DNA of 64,000 nt from Schmidtea nova (lineage: Eukaryota), in contig CM097882.1 in the NCBI GenBank assembly GCA_044892505.1, forward strand, positions 43,462,001-43,526,000, in the 5' to 3' direction. Below the pieces are notes generated by a model. The model did not search any database. It was not told the DNA's origin and was given only the letters and a program-made list of their open reading frames with translations. Of the stretch, positions 49,301 to 63,300 are shown in pieces; position 1 is the first letter of the stretch, and each line of letters opens with the position of its first letter. The position numbers and the translations under genes are program-made.

Positions 49301-52300
49301 TTTGAAATTGCAAGATCTTCGCGATGTGCAACGCAGTGCTGCTGAACTAAGTGTGGAATGTCACGTCTAAGTTGTGCTGCTACACCGTTATTTTTACCTA
49401 ACATAACAGACGCACCATCTGAAGTAAACATAACCATTTTCATTAGATCAAGTCTATGCATTGAATAGAAGTTTTTGATTGCAGAAACTATTGCAGTTGC
49501 ATCACATGACTCTAGTTCTAATATTCCACCAAAAGTTGTTTTGTACTCTGATGAATTGCTTTGTCTGAATTTGAAGTATAGTATTAGGTATTTGTTTACA
49601 GAAATATCTGTACTTTCGTCCACCATTAAAGTGTGAAAATCAGCAGAAGCTATTTCACTCATCATATCCGTTTGAACAACACTATTAATGCTTTCTAAAA
49701 ACTCGTATGCATAATTTTTGCTTCTCCAACTATCAGGCAAATTTACATATTTTTCCATGTGTTCATGTATTTCTTGGACAGAGAGCATGGAATTGTTCAT
49801 TTTCACTGCCAGCAAAACATCGTCTATGAAAAGCTTAATGGCAGTTGGATTTGATCGTTTTTTTTCAAGCGCTTCTAGTCGCTTCTTCTTTTCTGTTTGA
49901 CCTTCAGAGAGCATTCCAAGCAATCCTAATCCCAAGGACGGGTTCCGATTTTTAAGAGCATTTACACCAGCCATATGCGACTTACATGACAGATGTCGTT
50001 TTAGAAAGTCCAGCTTCCACACATCATCCCAATACTTCCCGGTTGCAAATTCACCTGTTACTTTTGCATCACGGCAAAACATACAAACAACTCCAGCATC
50101 GTCATCATATGTAAAAATTTCACGCAGTTCAACACGCACAACATTCCGTACTATTTCATTAAGCCATGCGTTGTTAAATGATGTTGAACATTTCTTCCGT
50201 TTAAGAACTTTGGATAAAGACATTTTAATGCTGATTTCAATATTTTAATTAAAAAATTGAAATTTTTTAAAATTTGTGAATATTGATTTATCTCAACACA
50301 TAAATACAGAAAAACTGACTAGCAGAATGAGCAGACGTTTTATCAAAGTATATGAATGACAAGAAATGAAATGCCCATTTGGACATAGGAAGTACGACTT
50401 CCTATCTCGATGTACCGGCACCCTCGTTTGACAGCCACTCTCGCAGAGTATTTACTAGTTGACCGAAATCCCATGGGGTTTTGGAAAACCCAAAGACATC
50501 GGGTGCGAGCGGTTGCATTACGCCATGTTCGTTACTTAGACTTATAAAACCTTAAATAAAATTATCGAAATATCAATTTCGCCGACTGATTGTGAAATAA
50601 CTTGATAAATATGTAAAATAAATTCATAATTTGATTTTTTAGACAAATTTATAGCATATTGTTTAATTATTTTAATTTTTAAATTTCGAAGCGACATTCT
50701 GCGTTTTGTAAATAACCAAAGACTTAAGATTCGTTCGGTTTATCTTTCTTTGGACCAAAGACTTATTATTTATTTATTTCACCGGCCCTACAACAGATGG
50801 CCAAAAGCTCTGTACTTCGTTGTTGCGTAGCTATCACTTTAATAGTTATGGTTTTATTATGGGCTATGGCGATAGAAATCGCAAATAATATTTATAGAAA
50901 GATAAGTAGTAGCGTGCCACATGTCCATGACGTCATAAAATCTTATATCTTTGCTAATCGAAGCTCTTGTTTCGTGAATCAATCAATATTGCTATTTTTC
51001 TTCACTATGATGAGAACACAAATAAGTAATTAATGAAAAGTTAATTTTCAATAATGCATGGCTTATTTTTGAGAAATGAGGAATCTAAGCAAACGAGAAC
51101 TTATTTTTTTGTGTGCGCTCGCTTTACAAGACATGTGTTATCGAAAGACATAAAACTCGTTTTTTTAAAAATATATTATTATTAATAATATATTTTTAAA
51201 AAAACGAGTTTTATGTCTTTCGATAACATAATACTACATAAAAAGCATATCAATTATTTTTTACTGGCTTGGTAGAAATTCGCAGAAAATGTCCGTCTAT
51301 GTGGCAAGTGCGGGAAAATATGGGAATTGGATATTTACTTTGCTTACTTATTTAACCACACGACATATAATGTCATCAGACCCTCCTTTAAAGAATTTTT
51401 TTTTATTTTTAAGAGTGATCTCAAATTTTAATGAATGTGTACTAAACATATCTCATAAATAAAATGTAATATAAATAAAATTATAAATAAATTTAACTAA
51501 ATTATTTAAATATATGTTTTAAATGTACATACAAATACATTTATTTATCATAATTATTTTTTGTTTTCACATTCATTTCTATCAATAATTTTCATAATTG
51601 AATGACAATAGACAAAATTTCTTTTTGTTTTGGGATTTTCGGTTGTTAAGTATACGATATTTTGGAACAGCTTTTATCAAGTTGAAAACATCCAAAACAA
51701 AACAAAAATAAATTTGATCTATAGTCATACAATTATGAAAATTATTGATATAAATTTATTTATATTTACATAAGATTAGATATACTATATAAAATTCCTT
51801 ATTTTAGGTAGTTGAACGAGTCGATAAACAAAAACAAAAAATTGAACAACAACAACAAGCTGCTAGAGATTCTTTGATCAACGAAATCGCTTCTAGCGGC
51901 CAAGCAAATCTAGATTCTATAGAACAATGGATAAACGAGCTAGACCAATGTATGGTCACTCAGATCAATGGATCATCAGAAAGCTTATTAGATGCTCTAT
52001 TGAAGTTGCAAGATTTGGAAAAAGAGTCACCAAATGTAAACTAATAAAAACTGGTTTTTAAATAATTTAACAATTTATTTCAAGATTCAGAAATTTCTCG
52101 ATCAAGGATATGAAACAGTCGATAATTTAGAAAATGAAAATTCTCCAGAAAAAGCACAAGAACTCAAGAAATCTTTGGACGAGTTTCAAAAGAAATTTAA
52201 AAGATTTACGGAAAAAGATATTCCTAGAAATATTGAAAATTTAAAGACACTTATTGATACTGTAAATATCGTAGAAAATGACATCGAAGATTTTCAAAAA

Positions 52301-54322
52301 ATAATGAAAGAAGGTGAAATCATCAAGAATAATTTAGACGATTTACAAATCCCAAATAATTCGGAAGATCTAATTAAAAAAGAAGAAGTAAGTATGTTTT
52401 TATAATGTATTTGTCGGTATATTATTCTAATTTTACCTCAGTACCTGTATATGTAATATTTCACATGGATAAAATTAAAGAGAAATTTTAAAAGCACTAA
52501 ATAGACGTTTATGCGCTTTCCTGGAACATATCTAATAAATAAATCCTTAATTTTAACAATGCATACGATGCTTATAATTGATGATTAATAAAATCTTTTA
52601 TTTTTCGAAGTATACATCTTTAATACAATTTTGTTTATCTTCATTTCTTATTAGACTATCTATCAATATTTGGTTTTATATTTGTTATTTCTCATTAACT
52701 TGTTATTGGCATACATAATATACCATATATGTGCATCTGAGAGTCTGTCAGTTATTAGACTATTTTACATTTAAAACAATATTTATATGGAAATTTTTAT
52801 TTAAATATTTTATTTTAGGAATTTATAAATAAAGAAAATGAAATCTCCAAGTCAATTGCAAAAGACAAAAATCTGATGAAAAATCTCAAAGAATTAACTA
52901 AAAATTTTGACCTGAAAATTGACTTAAAACCACTGGAAGACAAAATATTAGATTCTGAAAATGTTCTACAAGTAAAATAAATTTTATTTTAATTAAACTT
53001 TTAAATTTTTATATATATATTTATAATAAATACGTGGTGTGCCCAATAAGTCATGAGCCTAACAAAGAAAAACAAGTGCAATGTCCAAAAATTTATTTTT
53101 TATTAAAGATACAATATAAATAGCATATTAAATCTCAATGTAATTTCCTTTAGTCTTGATACATTTTTCCCATCAAACTGTTAATACAAAAAAGGCTTTT
53201 TCAAAGAAATCGGCTGTTTTACCGGCAAAGAAATCATCACTGCCTCTTTCAAATTCTCTTTCGTTCCAAACTATTTACCCCTCAGACTTCTTGTGAGATG
53301 GTTGAAGAGATAGAAGTCCAATGGAGCCAAATCTGGACTGTACGGAGGATGCTGCATCACTTTAAACCCACACTCGTGAATTACTGCTGTTGAAAGTGCA
53401 CTAGTTTTCATTGGTGCATTATCGTGGATAATACAAATCACACACTCTGCTCTTTCTTCTCAACTTCCATACTTGTTGTACAAGATCTAAATAATACTCA
53501 CTGTTGATTCGAACAGAGGTATCTGCAAAATCATTGAGTATGGCTCCTTTTGAATCCCAGAATGTTGTCAGCATGAGAACTTTCTTATGGCACGTCCATG
53601 ACCTCATCTTCTTAGTGCTAGTTTCTCCAGGTAATTTCTACTCCTCTGACTCACTTTTTGAATCAGGTACATAAAGTGCTAATGGAGTTTTATCCATTGT
53701 TACAATATTAGACAATAAAATCGCTCCAATTCGATTAAAAAGCTCAATGTTATCCTGAGAGCAATACAAACGTCGACTTTGCATTTCTGTTGTAAAGAAT
53801 CGTGGCACAAAACGAGAACACAACTTTTGTATGCCACATTCATTTAGTAAAGTACTAATAGTATCTTTGCTAACATTTAACCGTGTCTTCATTTCTCTGG
53901 TAGTTATTCTGCGTTCATTTTGCACTATTTCTTTCAGCTTTTGAGTTATTTCCGAGCTGATTTCAGAAGGCCTTCCAGATCTTTCATCATCCATTATAGA
54001 CGTCCTCTCCCTTTGGAATTCATTATACCAAAGTTTAATTGTAGCTATGGATAAACAGTCTTCAAAATACACAGCTTTCATTTCGTTGAATATATCTTCT
54101 CTACTTTTTCCTTGGAGGAATAAAAACCTAATTACGCTCCGATATTGTACAATTTCTTAGGACATTTTCGAAATATTACAATTTAAATCTAAAAGAATTT
54201 AAGTAAAATAAAACAATCATTATTTAAGAAACCCATACATTGCGTAGTTTTTAAATTCAAAAATTTGTAGAGTATAAAGTTGTTTTTCTTTGTTAGGCTC
54301 ATGACTTATTGGACACACCACG

Positions 54323-54390
<68 letters not shown>

Positions 54391-57300
54391 ATTTGTTGAA
54401 ATTAAACGTGATTATTTAAAATTTATTTGGTGTAAGAATTATGTAAATTTTTACAGCGTGTTTGCTATGATACTCACGAGAATCGTATATTGTATACCTG
54501 ATAATTCAAAGATTCTCATTTTTGTGGGGTAACGATATTTCTCGGTCTAAATGGTGAACACATAATCCGTTTCTTTGACAATGCGTTTTATAATAATAAA
54601 AACAACATTTAGCGACAAAATGAAATCTGCCGATTAATACCGTATGAATGTAAATATTTATAAGTCGCACTCGATAACATGACTTATCGTTCATATTATT
54701 ATTTTACTTATCGTTGCCCAGAAAATGTATCCATAGAAAATCATTTACTTATTATCATTGTAAATTTACAAGACTAAGTTCACCGAAGTAAATAGGTCTA
54801 CTAAATTCATGAATTGTTGTAAAAACAAGTTATGAGTAAATTTGTTAATAAATTATCGCACTCTGACCACATTGAAATAGCCAATTAGTAAATACATTGT
54901 ACCTTGTCGAATATCCGCATTAAATGTTTTAAGTTTCAATCTAAGGCCGGAGTCAATCTAAATAAACAAACGATCAGCGTGGAAACCAATCGCTGAATTT
55001 ATTGGTAAATAAGTCGACATAAAACAGTGGTTCATCATTTGTTTAGCATATGGTGCCTAACGCTATAAAAGTAGAGCTCTAATCTGTTATAACTGAGACG
55101 ACTCTGGAAAAATGGGCTAGAGAGAAAGATGAGTACCCGCCAAATGAATGCAAAAGCTGCCTCTTAAAGGTGTAGTTTTACTAAAGAAGCTCACCTGCCG
55201 GTTGAAACCTGATACCATGCTATACAACACCAACACAGTATACATATTAAGACCGTATTTACGTTACAAATTTCTTGAGGTTGTGTTCAAAAGGTTGAGT
55301 TTTGATTGAAGTTAACAGAAAAGTGGACAACATTGTTTGCATTAGAATAAACGACCATACAACCCAACAAAATATTACTTTTTAATATTATTTCATATAT
55401 GGGACTGATTTGATCCAAAAAACTTTATTGTTACTTATTTTGATGGATGGATGAAGGTTAAGAACTTTTTCATTTATATTTTATCAATATTTTAATTGTG
55501 AAATCTGATAAAATTGTTTTGATAGTTTTGATAATATTTTTAAAATTAATATTTTTTGGTTAATGAAAATTGAACGTTATTTATTATTAAAATATTGGTG
55601 TTAGCTTGTACAATTAAAAATTTAATACGGGTACTTCTAATAATTAATTTTAAAATATAAAATGAAAACTAAATTAAATAAATTTAATTCAATTGAATTT
55701 ATTGCGAAAGTTATATTTATATCTATAATATTTAAACAACAAATAAATAGTTGAAAACTATTTGTCGGATGACTATTTGTTTTTAAACAAGTAATATAAG
55801 GTAAAACTTTGTGATAAGCTGTTTATGTAATAATAGGATATATTATACTTTTTAAATTTAATAATAAATGCTATTTAGGATTTATTGACCAATGCAAAAG
55901 AGAACATGATTGCCAATAACCAATGTAAAGAAGCTTGCGCAATTGCAGATCAATCACTGAAATGTTTATTTAATGAAATTGAAATGAATAATAGCATAAA
56001 TAATGATGAAGAAGGTCAAAAAACAAAACTCAAAAACCTTGAAGTAAGGTTTTATAATAAAAGTTAATAAATTAAATTTATTATTTTCTCAATTATGATT
56101 TATTATCTTTTTATTACTTCATTTGCTTCTTACAAAATGGGAAAATATTTGTAAAAATTTTGAATGTTTGGTGAATTAGAATATTAACAGTTTTTAGTAA
56201 GAAACATCAGTGGGGTAAATCGAAATTTTATAACAAAAGAATTATTTATAAAAATTATTTTCATTTTATGTGACTTTATTATCTAATAAAATTTATTAAC
56301 ATTTGAATTAATATTTTTTTCAGAATATTGAAGATGAAATTGAGGAAGTGCTAAAACTAATAAATGTAGCAGTTATCGAAAGAAATAATTACTTAACCAA
56401 TTTGAAAAAATCAAATTTAGACCAAATTGACAATTTAATTTCACAAATGAAAAAAAAGACAGTTGGAATAAAAGAAAATTTACAAAAATCTAAAGCTAAT
56501 TTGTCAAACAATTTAACTGATTGGCAAGATTTCAAACTAACGAAAGACCAAATAGCGAAAAATGTCGACGATATAATTGATGAGTTAGACGAGTGTCATC
56601 AAAAACGAAAAGGGATACATGGTGAAAATTTAACTGACAAGGCAAATCTTTTGGTGGAAAACAAGGTAATAGAAATATTTTTATTTTTCTAAATTATTTT
56701 TTATTCAAAATTTAGAAAATAATTCACCATTTGTAACACCTGTCGAAAATTTGTTATCTTTACAATACTAGTTCCTGTATAAGGTTTTGAGCCTTTAACT
56801 AAAACATTATTGGATTTAGACTACCTCTTTAATTTCTAAGACAATTTTGCAAAATTATCTTTTGGTTTCCCCATTTGATCTCTTTATTTTTCTCTATTTT
56901 ATTTTAAGCAACAATTTCCATAATGTTATGACTAAAAGATCAAAATCTTTTGGTTTTTTTAAGTACACAATTTTTCGGCAAAACCTTTATCAAGTGCGAA
57001 TGTATTATTGTTAATAACACAATATTGAGAGGTGAGCCATTGGTACCGAGCCGCAAGGCACAACTTTCAAGAATATAAAACTTCAAAAATTCATTTTTCC
57101 TCTAAATTTATATTCATTTTATTCACAATAATTTGAAAATCAAAATTACATTATATTACTATGTATCATTTATCAAAAATTTTCTCGTTGGTTTTTATAC
57201 ATCTGTTTTAAAAATTTAACTTTAATAAATAAATATTTGATTTCTGTAGACTACCTACATAATAATTTTTAATAATTTTTAATAATTTCAAATATGTAAG

Positions 57301-60300
57301 TTAAATATTTAAATTAGAAAAAAAGTTTTAATATATTATATACATTTTTATAATATATAATCATTTATATTCGAAATTTAGCTACATCACAAAATGGGGG
57401 GGTGCTAGAATAATACTCAGAACAGTGCACACTCATAGCTCTATACGGTATTGAATGTTTCAATAACGAGTTAAAACCCTTCCAGGCCAAATTATGTTCG
57501 TTTTATCCACAGTCTTACGGTTGTTGGTGTATGGGTTGTTTAATTATTGATGATGTTAGGGTCATTCTAACCTAGACAAAGTCATGAAGTGCAGCTATCC
57601 TCACTTGTGTACTAGTAATTACTCTTCGGTAATTTTGTTGGTACTGTATACAGTGGTATGATAACCAATGAGCAGGTGAGTTTCGTTACCAAAACTATTC
57701 CTCACTGAATTATCCTTTATGATGCTTGGCTTCCGTTAGAAGATCCTACGTTCATAATTTCTTTATCTTTATGCAATCATCGTTTTTTATATTTTAGAAC
57801 ATCATTTACTGCTAACTAGCTCTCTCAAAGATTTGAATAGCATTCCACTTGTAATTTTTAATTCGATTCAAATTTCCCTATTTTTTTACTCGTTCAGAAA
57901 TTTCTCGACAGGATTCATAGTGCTTTGATTTAGAGGTTTAATCATATTTTTTCATTCAATTAGGCGCTAAGTAATTCTGACAGACCTCTGTTTTGAGATC
58001 TGCCCCCTCCAACCAGACAGTTGACCCGAGAAAACTGAAATCGTATCACCAGTCGGATGTAAACCTACAAAGACCTAGGAAGACCATTAAAGATTTGACG
58101 TCATTCAAATCAATTGAATCAGAGCATTATATAACTACACGAAAAAGAAACACAATTCAACTTGAAATATTTATTATAAAACAAATACTTAAATAAACTT
58201 CTAAATTACTTTGCACAAATAAATATTTGTTTTGTCCTGTCGGCAATTAAAATAACCAAACTTCTTCATCTCATTTTGCTCCAATAATAATGTTGGCTGG
58301 CGAATAAGTAGTTAGCAAAAGAACAGTTAAAAGTAGGAATGATAAATTTTTAGCGTCGTATATATCCTAATTTCAATGTTACACCCACGCATTCTGTTCA
58401 CTATGTGAATTAAATATTAAATTTGACGTCTATGAATCATTTGTTTTTTTCTCAATAAAGTTAATTCTAAAATTCATTTAAGTTATTTTTAAAATTAATT
58501 GATATTAATTCTAATAAAACTATAAATGTATTCAACATGGCATCATTTTGCTGTAGTCAATTGATTAAATAATTAAATTTTCTATTTTTTTCATATTTTT
58601 GTTATTTTAACAATATGCCATTTTAATTTTCACTAAATTATACTTTCTATTTTAACACTATTTTTATCTTAGATCATGCTTTTTTGTATTTAATATACTT
58701 GCAATGATCTTCCCCATTCAATTTTCATGCGGTCCTTCGTATGTATATTCGACCTGCAATTATATTGCATGCTCTATTTTATGATGCCTCTTTCCTAAAC
58801 TACCTAACCTGATCAACTACAAATTGACCTCTGAATCAGTGGCGGAACTTCAAAATTTGGGCCCCCCGCAAAAGAATGTTTTTTTTAAAAAAAATAAATT
58901 ATTACTTTTACCGAATTCAGTCTAATTGTCTAATTCATACACAAACACAACATAACGGTATAAAAATTAACTATACAATAAAATCTGGCAGTTCGCAGCT
59001 GATAATCGTACTTTATTTCTCAATTGCGTATGCAATTTTAAAAAGGTTAAAACTTTTCGTTTAAATGTAAACTACGCACTCCAATACAAAAATAAATTTT
59101 TGAACAATATATTTAATACGATGGATGACATTTTTTTAACCAAGTTTTATATTTTAGGGCCCACTAGACCTGCGGAAAAGAGTTTTATAGTATAAATATT
59201 ATTGATAGTATAATTTTTTTTATATGAGGGCCCCCTATAGCTGGTAGGCCCCCTCGCAACGCAGGGTCCTGCGTCCAGTAGTTCCGCCGCTGATCTGAAT
59301 GCATATTCTGTTGAAGCTTGTACTTTGCTTTGTATTATCCTGTGTTTTTTCGTGAATTTTATATTGTCTTATTGTAGTGTGTGTATTTTTAGAGCATTAA
59401 AATAATCAGAAATTTTCCTTCTACCAATCCAACACCGGTTGAAATATTTTAAGTTCCTGAACTTTGGATATTGTGAACATAACAAGATTTTATATGCAAT
59501 CATTAGACGTGGATCGGTGTCACTCAATTACAAAAATATCAAATAACCTAAGCTTGTGAAATTTGGCTAATATGACGCAATTTGTGTTCGAGTAGTACAA
59601 AACCAGTTCTTGTTACCAAGATATCATGGACTGTATAAGCTGTTATAAATCAAAGGGAACATTGCCAGAATCAGAACACATAAGGATAATCTAATACGAT
59701 TTATCAGTTCTCTAAATCTTGAGAAAGGGGTAGTTAATGAATTTTAAAAGCATTATTGTTGAAAAAATTCACAATTCAAAATTTTCCCGTTATAAATTAT
59801 ACATATCAATTTTAAATTATGATTTTATTTTATTAATATGTGAGTTGAATAATTTATCTAGAATGGAGGAGCAAGTGGAATTTAATTCAAGGAAATAGAA
59901 GAATTTCTTTCCTTTCAAACTCTATTTTTATATTTTTTCACATTTTTAAAATTAAATTATTTAAATTTTTATATTTCAAATATATTTAAAAAATAAACCA
60001 GCTTTAAAAATTTAGTTTTACAAAAAATTGTATTTTGCTACCCAAAGATCAGTTAATGGAGAGGGTTGAGGGACTCAATTAAGGTTGTCATTTTATTGTC
60101 AAGCAATATGTTTAAATATATTTTATTTTATCCTTAAGTTTTTTTTCACATCATAATTATTTTTATTCGACACAATTTTAAATAAAATAAAACCTTAACA
60201 ATTTTAAGTCTTTGCAAACAAGTAGACCATCAAAATCTAACTTTCTTTGACTATTACTATTCAAAGGAATAATTTTATTCTTTAATAGAGTTGACACCCA

Positions 60301-63300
60301 ACTATGGATCGTTTTTTCGGACATTTAGTTTACCCATTACATCATGAAATAAAACAATTTTTCTTATAAAATACAATATTTATTTGTTTAACTAATTTTA
60401 AAAGCATTGAAAATGTAATTATAATGAAAAAGAAACATTGGACTTCGTAAGATAATTCTTTTTTTTAAATTAATTTCTTTTAAATAATCGCAAGGTAGTT
60501 TATGGTTTATGAGAAACTTCATATTACTCGGAGGATCGTCGGCTTTATGGTGGGATGAGTTCACTCACAATTTTATTGAAAACCCGAAACCCGAGGAATC
60601 ATCACCTTACCCGTAGTATTTGTGTCAGTTATCATTGTCGTTATTCATGTTCGATCTCCCTTCATGAAAACAGAGCTCGACTATGCAAGTGAATCAAAAG
60701 GGACGATATCCCTCTATGCGTAGTTAAAATTTATAATTAAAACTTTGTCTGGTAGTCTTTATCTATTGTTTTAAAACATTTTTGTATTGACTTTTACTTT
60801 ACAATTCGATATAATTAGATTGGTAATGCTATCAAAATTTCATATCTATGATGGCATAATTACTTTGAATTTTTGTACGGTTAATTGCTTTAAAAACGTT
60901 AAAGCGTCATTCAATATCCAATAGTGATTACAGTGATGTTTAAACTGAAAAAAAGACTTTTTTATATTTTTTTTTCAATGTCGTATAAACGTGTCTAATG
61001 ACAAATTTGATTTCAAATTTGATTTTGCACTTATTTTAACTTAATTATCTCATTATTTTATAATTGAAAATTAATTTCGTTTATTATTATTTTTGCAAAA
61101 ATTTTATTGAAAATTTTAAAAAAATTTTTCAATTTTCAATTTTCAATTTTCTTTATTATACTTTCCTTTTTAGCCTACTGGTCAATATTTTATTTTTTTG
61201 CCAAAACATTGATTAAGTCTGAAAATAAAAAAAAAAGATAATATGAATTCGAAAATGAAAATAAATCAATCATGCAAAAGATAAAAGATGTTTTGATAAA
61301 CATATGTCGGAAATCATATTAAGGAATTAAAATCAAGTTTACTCAAAAAATATCTTTTTTTAACAAAACATTATTCTTGATGCCTTTTTATTTTTTTAGA
61401 TCAATAATATTTCAACATAAAAAGATTTTTGTCACTGCTTTTTTCAAGAGTTTTTGTTAAAAACCAAAAATCGTAAAATTTAAAAATATATAGTCTGAAA
61501 AAATGAAAATAAACGATATCGGTGTGAGCTTTTACCGAGCTTTAGTTATAGGTGTTCTGTATACCTTTATATAATTAATAGGAAAGTATTGAGAGTTTCG
61601 CTGTTTCATGATAAATATTTTAGCAAAATAAAATTTCTGTTTGAAATTAAGATAAATAACAGCAGTTATTTCAACTTTTACTTACCTCATATGCACTTAT
61701 TTATTTTATTCAAAATGTCAACTTTATCAATTTACGCTCAAAGTTAAAAGCTATAAAATTAGATCATCTTAAAGTTTACTCAAGGTTGTTTTTTCAACTT
61801 TATGACTTAATCATTATAGCTACTAATAATTAAAAATATTTTTTTCAGGGACGTTTGGAGAATCTACGAAAACAGGAAGAAAAATTTAATGATCTTTACA
61901 CTAAGGCTTCGAAACTTGGTTCCGAAAAGCCTATTGCAGATGTCCAGAGTTTGAAAGATCAGTTAATAAAACAAAAAGAAAATATAGAGGTAAATAAAAA
62001 TGTTTAAATATAAAATGCTACTAAAAAAATATTATTTATCATTTTTTAATAAAAAAGTCCGATGAATATTATAAAAAAATTAAGATAAAAAATTGTAAAT
62101 TTTCCCTCAATACCAATTGCCATATGATAATAATTACCACAATTTCATCCATGATGTTTTCTACTTTTTAAAAAGTTTATTGAAATTTAATTTCTTTTAA
62201 AGATGCCTGGCTAATGTGTTAGGTAAGTTTACACTTTTAATAAGAGGTGATTCGATGTCTTTCGCATTACTTTCAAAATTTCGTTCCTTTTAAATTTGTT
62301 AATTTAAAAATACCATAGATTCATTTACGTTTCTTACAACATTTCTAAATTCTAGCAGAAAACATTTTACACTTACCAATACATGCACATATATGAAGTA
62401 ATAATATGCGACTTAAATCACGTGACAATCACAAAAACAGAATATTACACACATACATATATATCCATCACAAACACACACATTCACCTAAATTTATATC
62501 CAACTTATATATAAGCATATAAATATTTTCAAGTATTTTTTATCATACTGAAAAAAATGTCACGCGAGTGTTGCGTACAAGCTGTCTTCATAAATTCAAC
62601 TGATTCGACTTGAAAATGATGTATTTTAAACTGAATCAAATCTTAACTACAATGCTAGGTAAACCTTTCATTCTCAGTACAAAGGTTTAGTTGCTGTAGG
62701 TCATTTTTTTACAAAGAGTTGTTATGACAGATTTAAATAGTGTTTTAAAACGAATAACATATAGAGGTACTTAACACAACAATATTATCAATTTCTGGGA
62801 ATGCCATTAAGAATTTCGTAACGCAAAATTTTATTTTAAAACAATTTTAGAAAAACTAACTATTCATTATTTTTAAAAACACAGAAAGAAATAAAGCAAA
62901 ATGAAAAAGACCTTGAAAACCATCAACAGTTCAATAGTGATACTCAGTCATTTCATGATTGGCTGTCTCAAGCTGATCAGCTAACCAATCAAATTCAAAA
63001 TCTTCCTGATACAAAAGAAGGTCTAATTGAAAAACAAAAACTATTAGAAGATCTCAACTCATTGAAATCAGCTGGGGATAAAAAATTGAAAGATTTAAGA
63101 AATTTACAAAATGTCGTATTGGATGAAACAGCTCCCGATGAAAGGGAAAATATTAATATTCAACTCAACCAAGAAATTGATAAATTCAATGAAATTTTTG
63201 TGAATCTAGATAAACAAGACGGAATAAATGAGACAATTGAAAAGCTAGAAGATCTCGGAGAAAAGTCAGATCAAGTTTCGGAAGATATCAATGAGATTAA

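Noticed and set aside
47300-50800. TIR/TSD pair for the hAT transposase (TAGGACTGG at 47972 or TAGGGCAG at 47932 versus ACCGGCCCTA at 50790)
   Set aside because: Only partial inverted similarity and no matching 8 bp TSD.
22676-54322. Antisense orientation bias of intronic TEs
   Set aside because: Five elements are antisense but the RLE, Penelope and integrase tail are sense. Too few to claim a bias.
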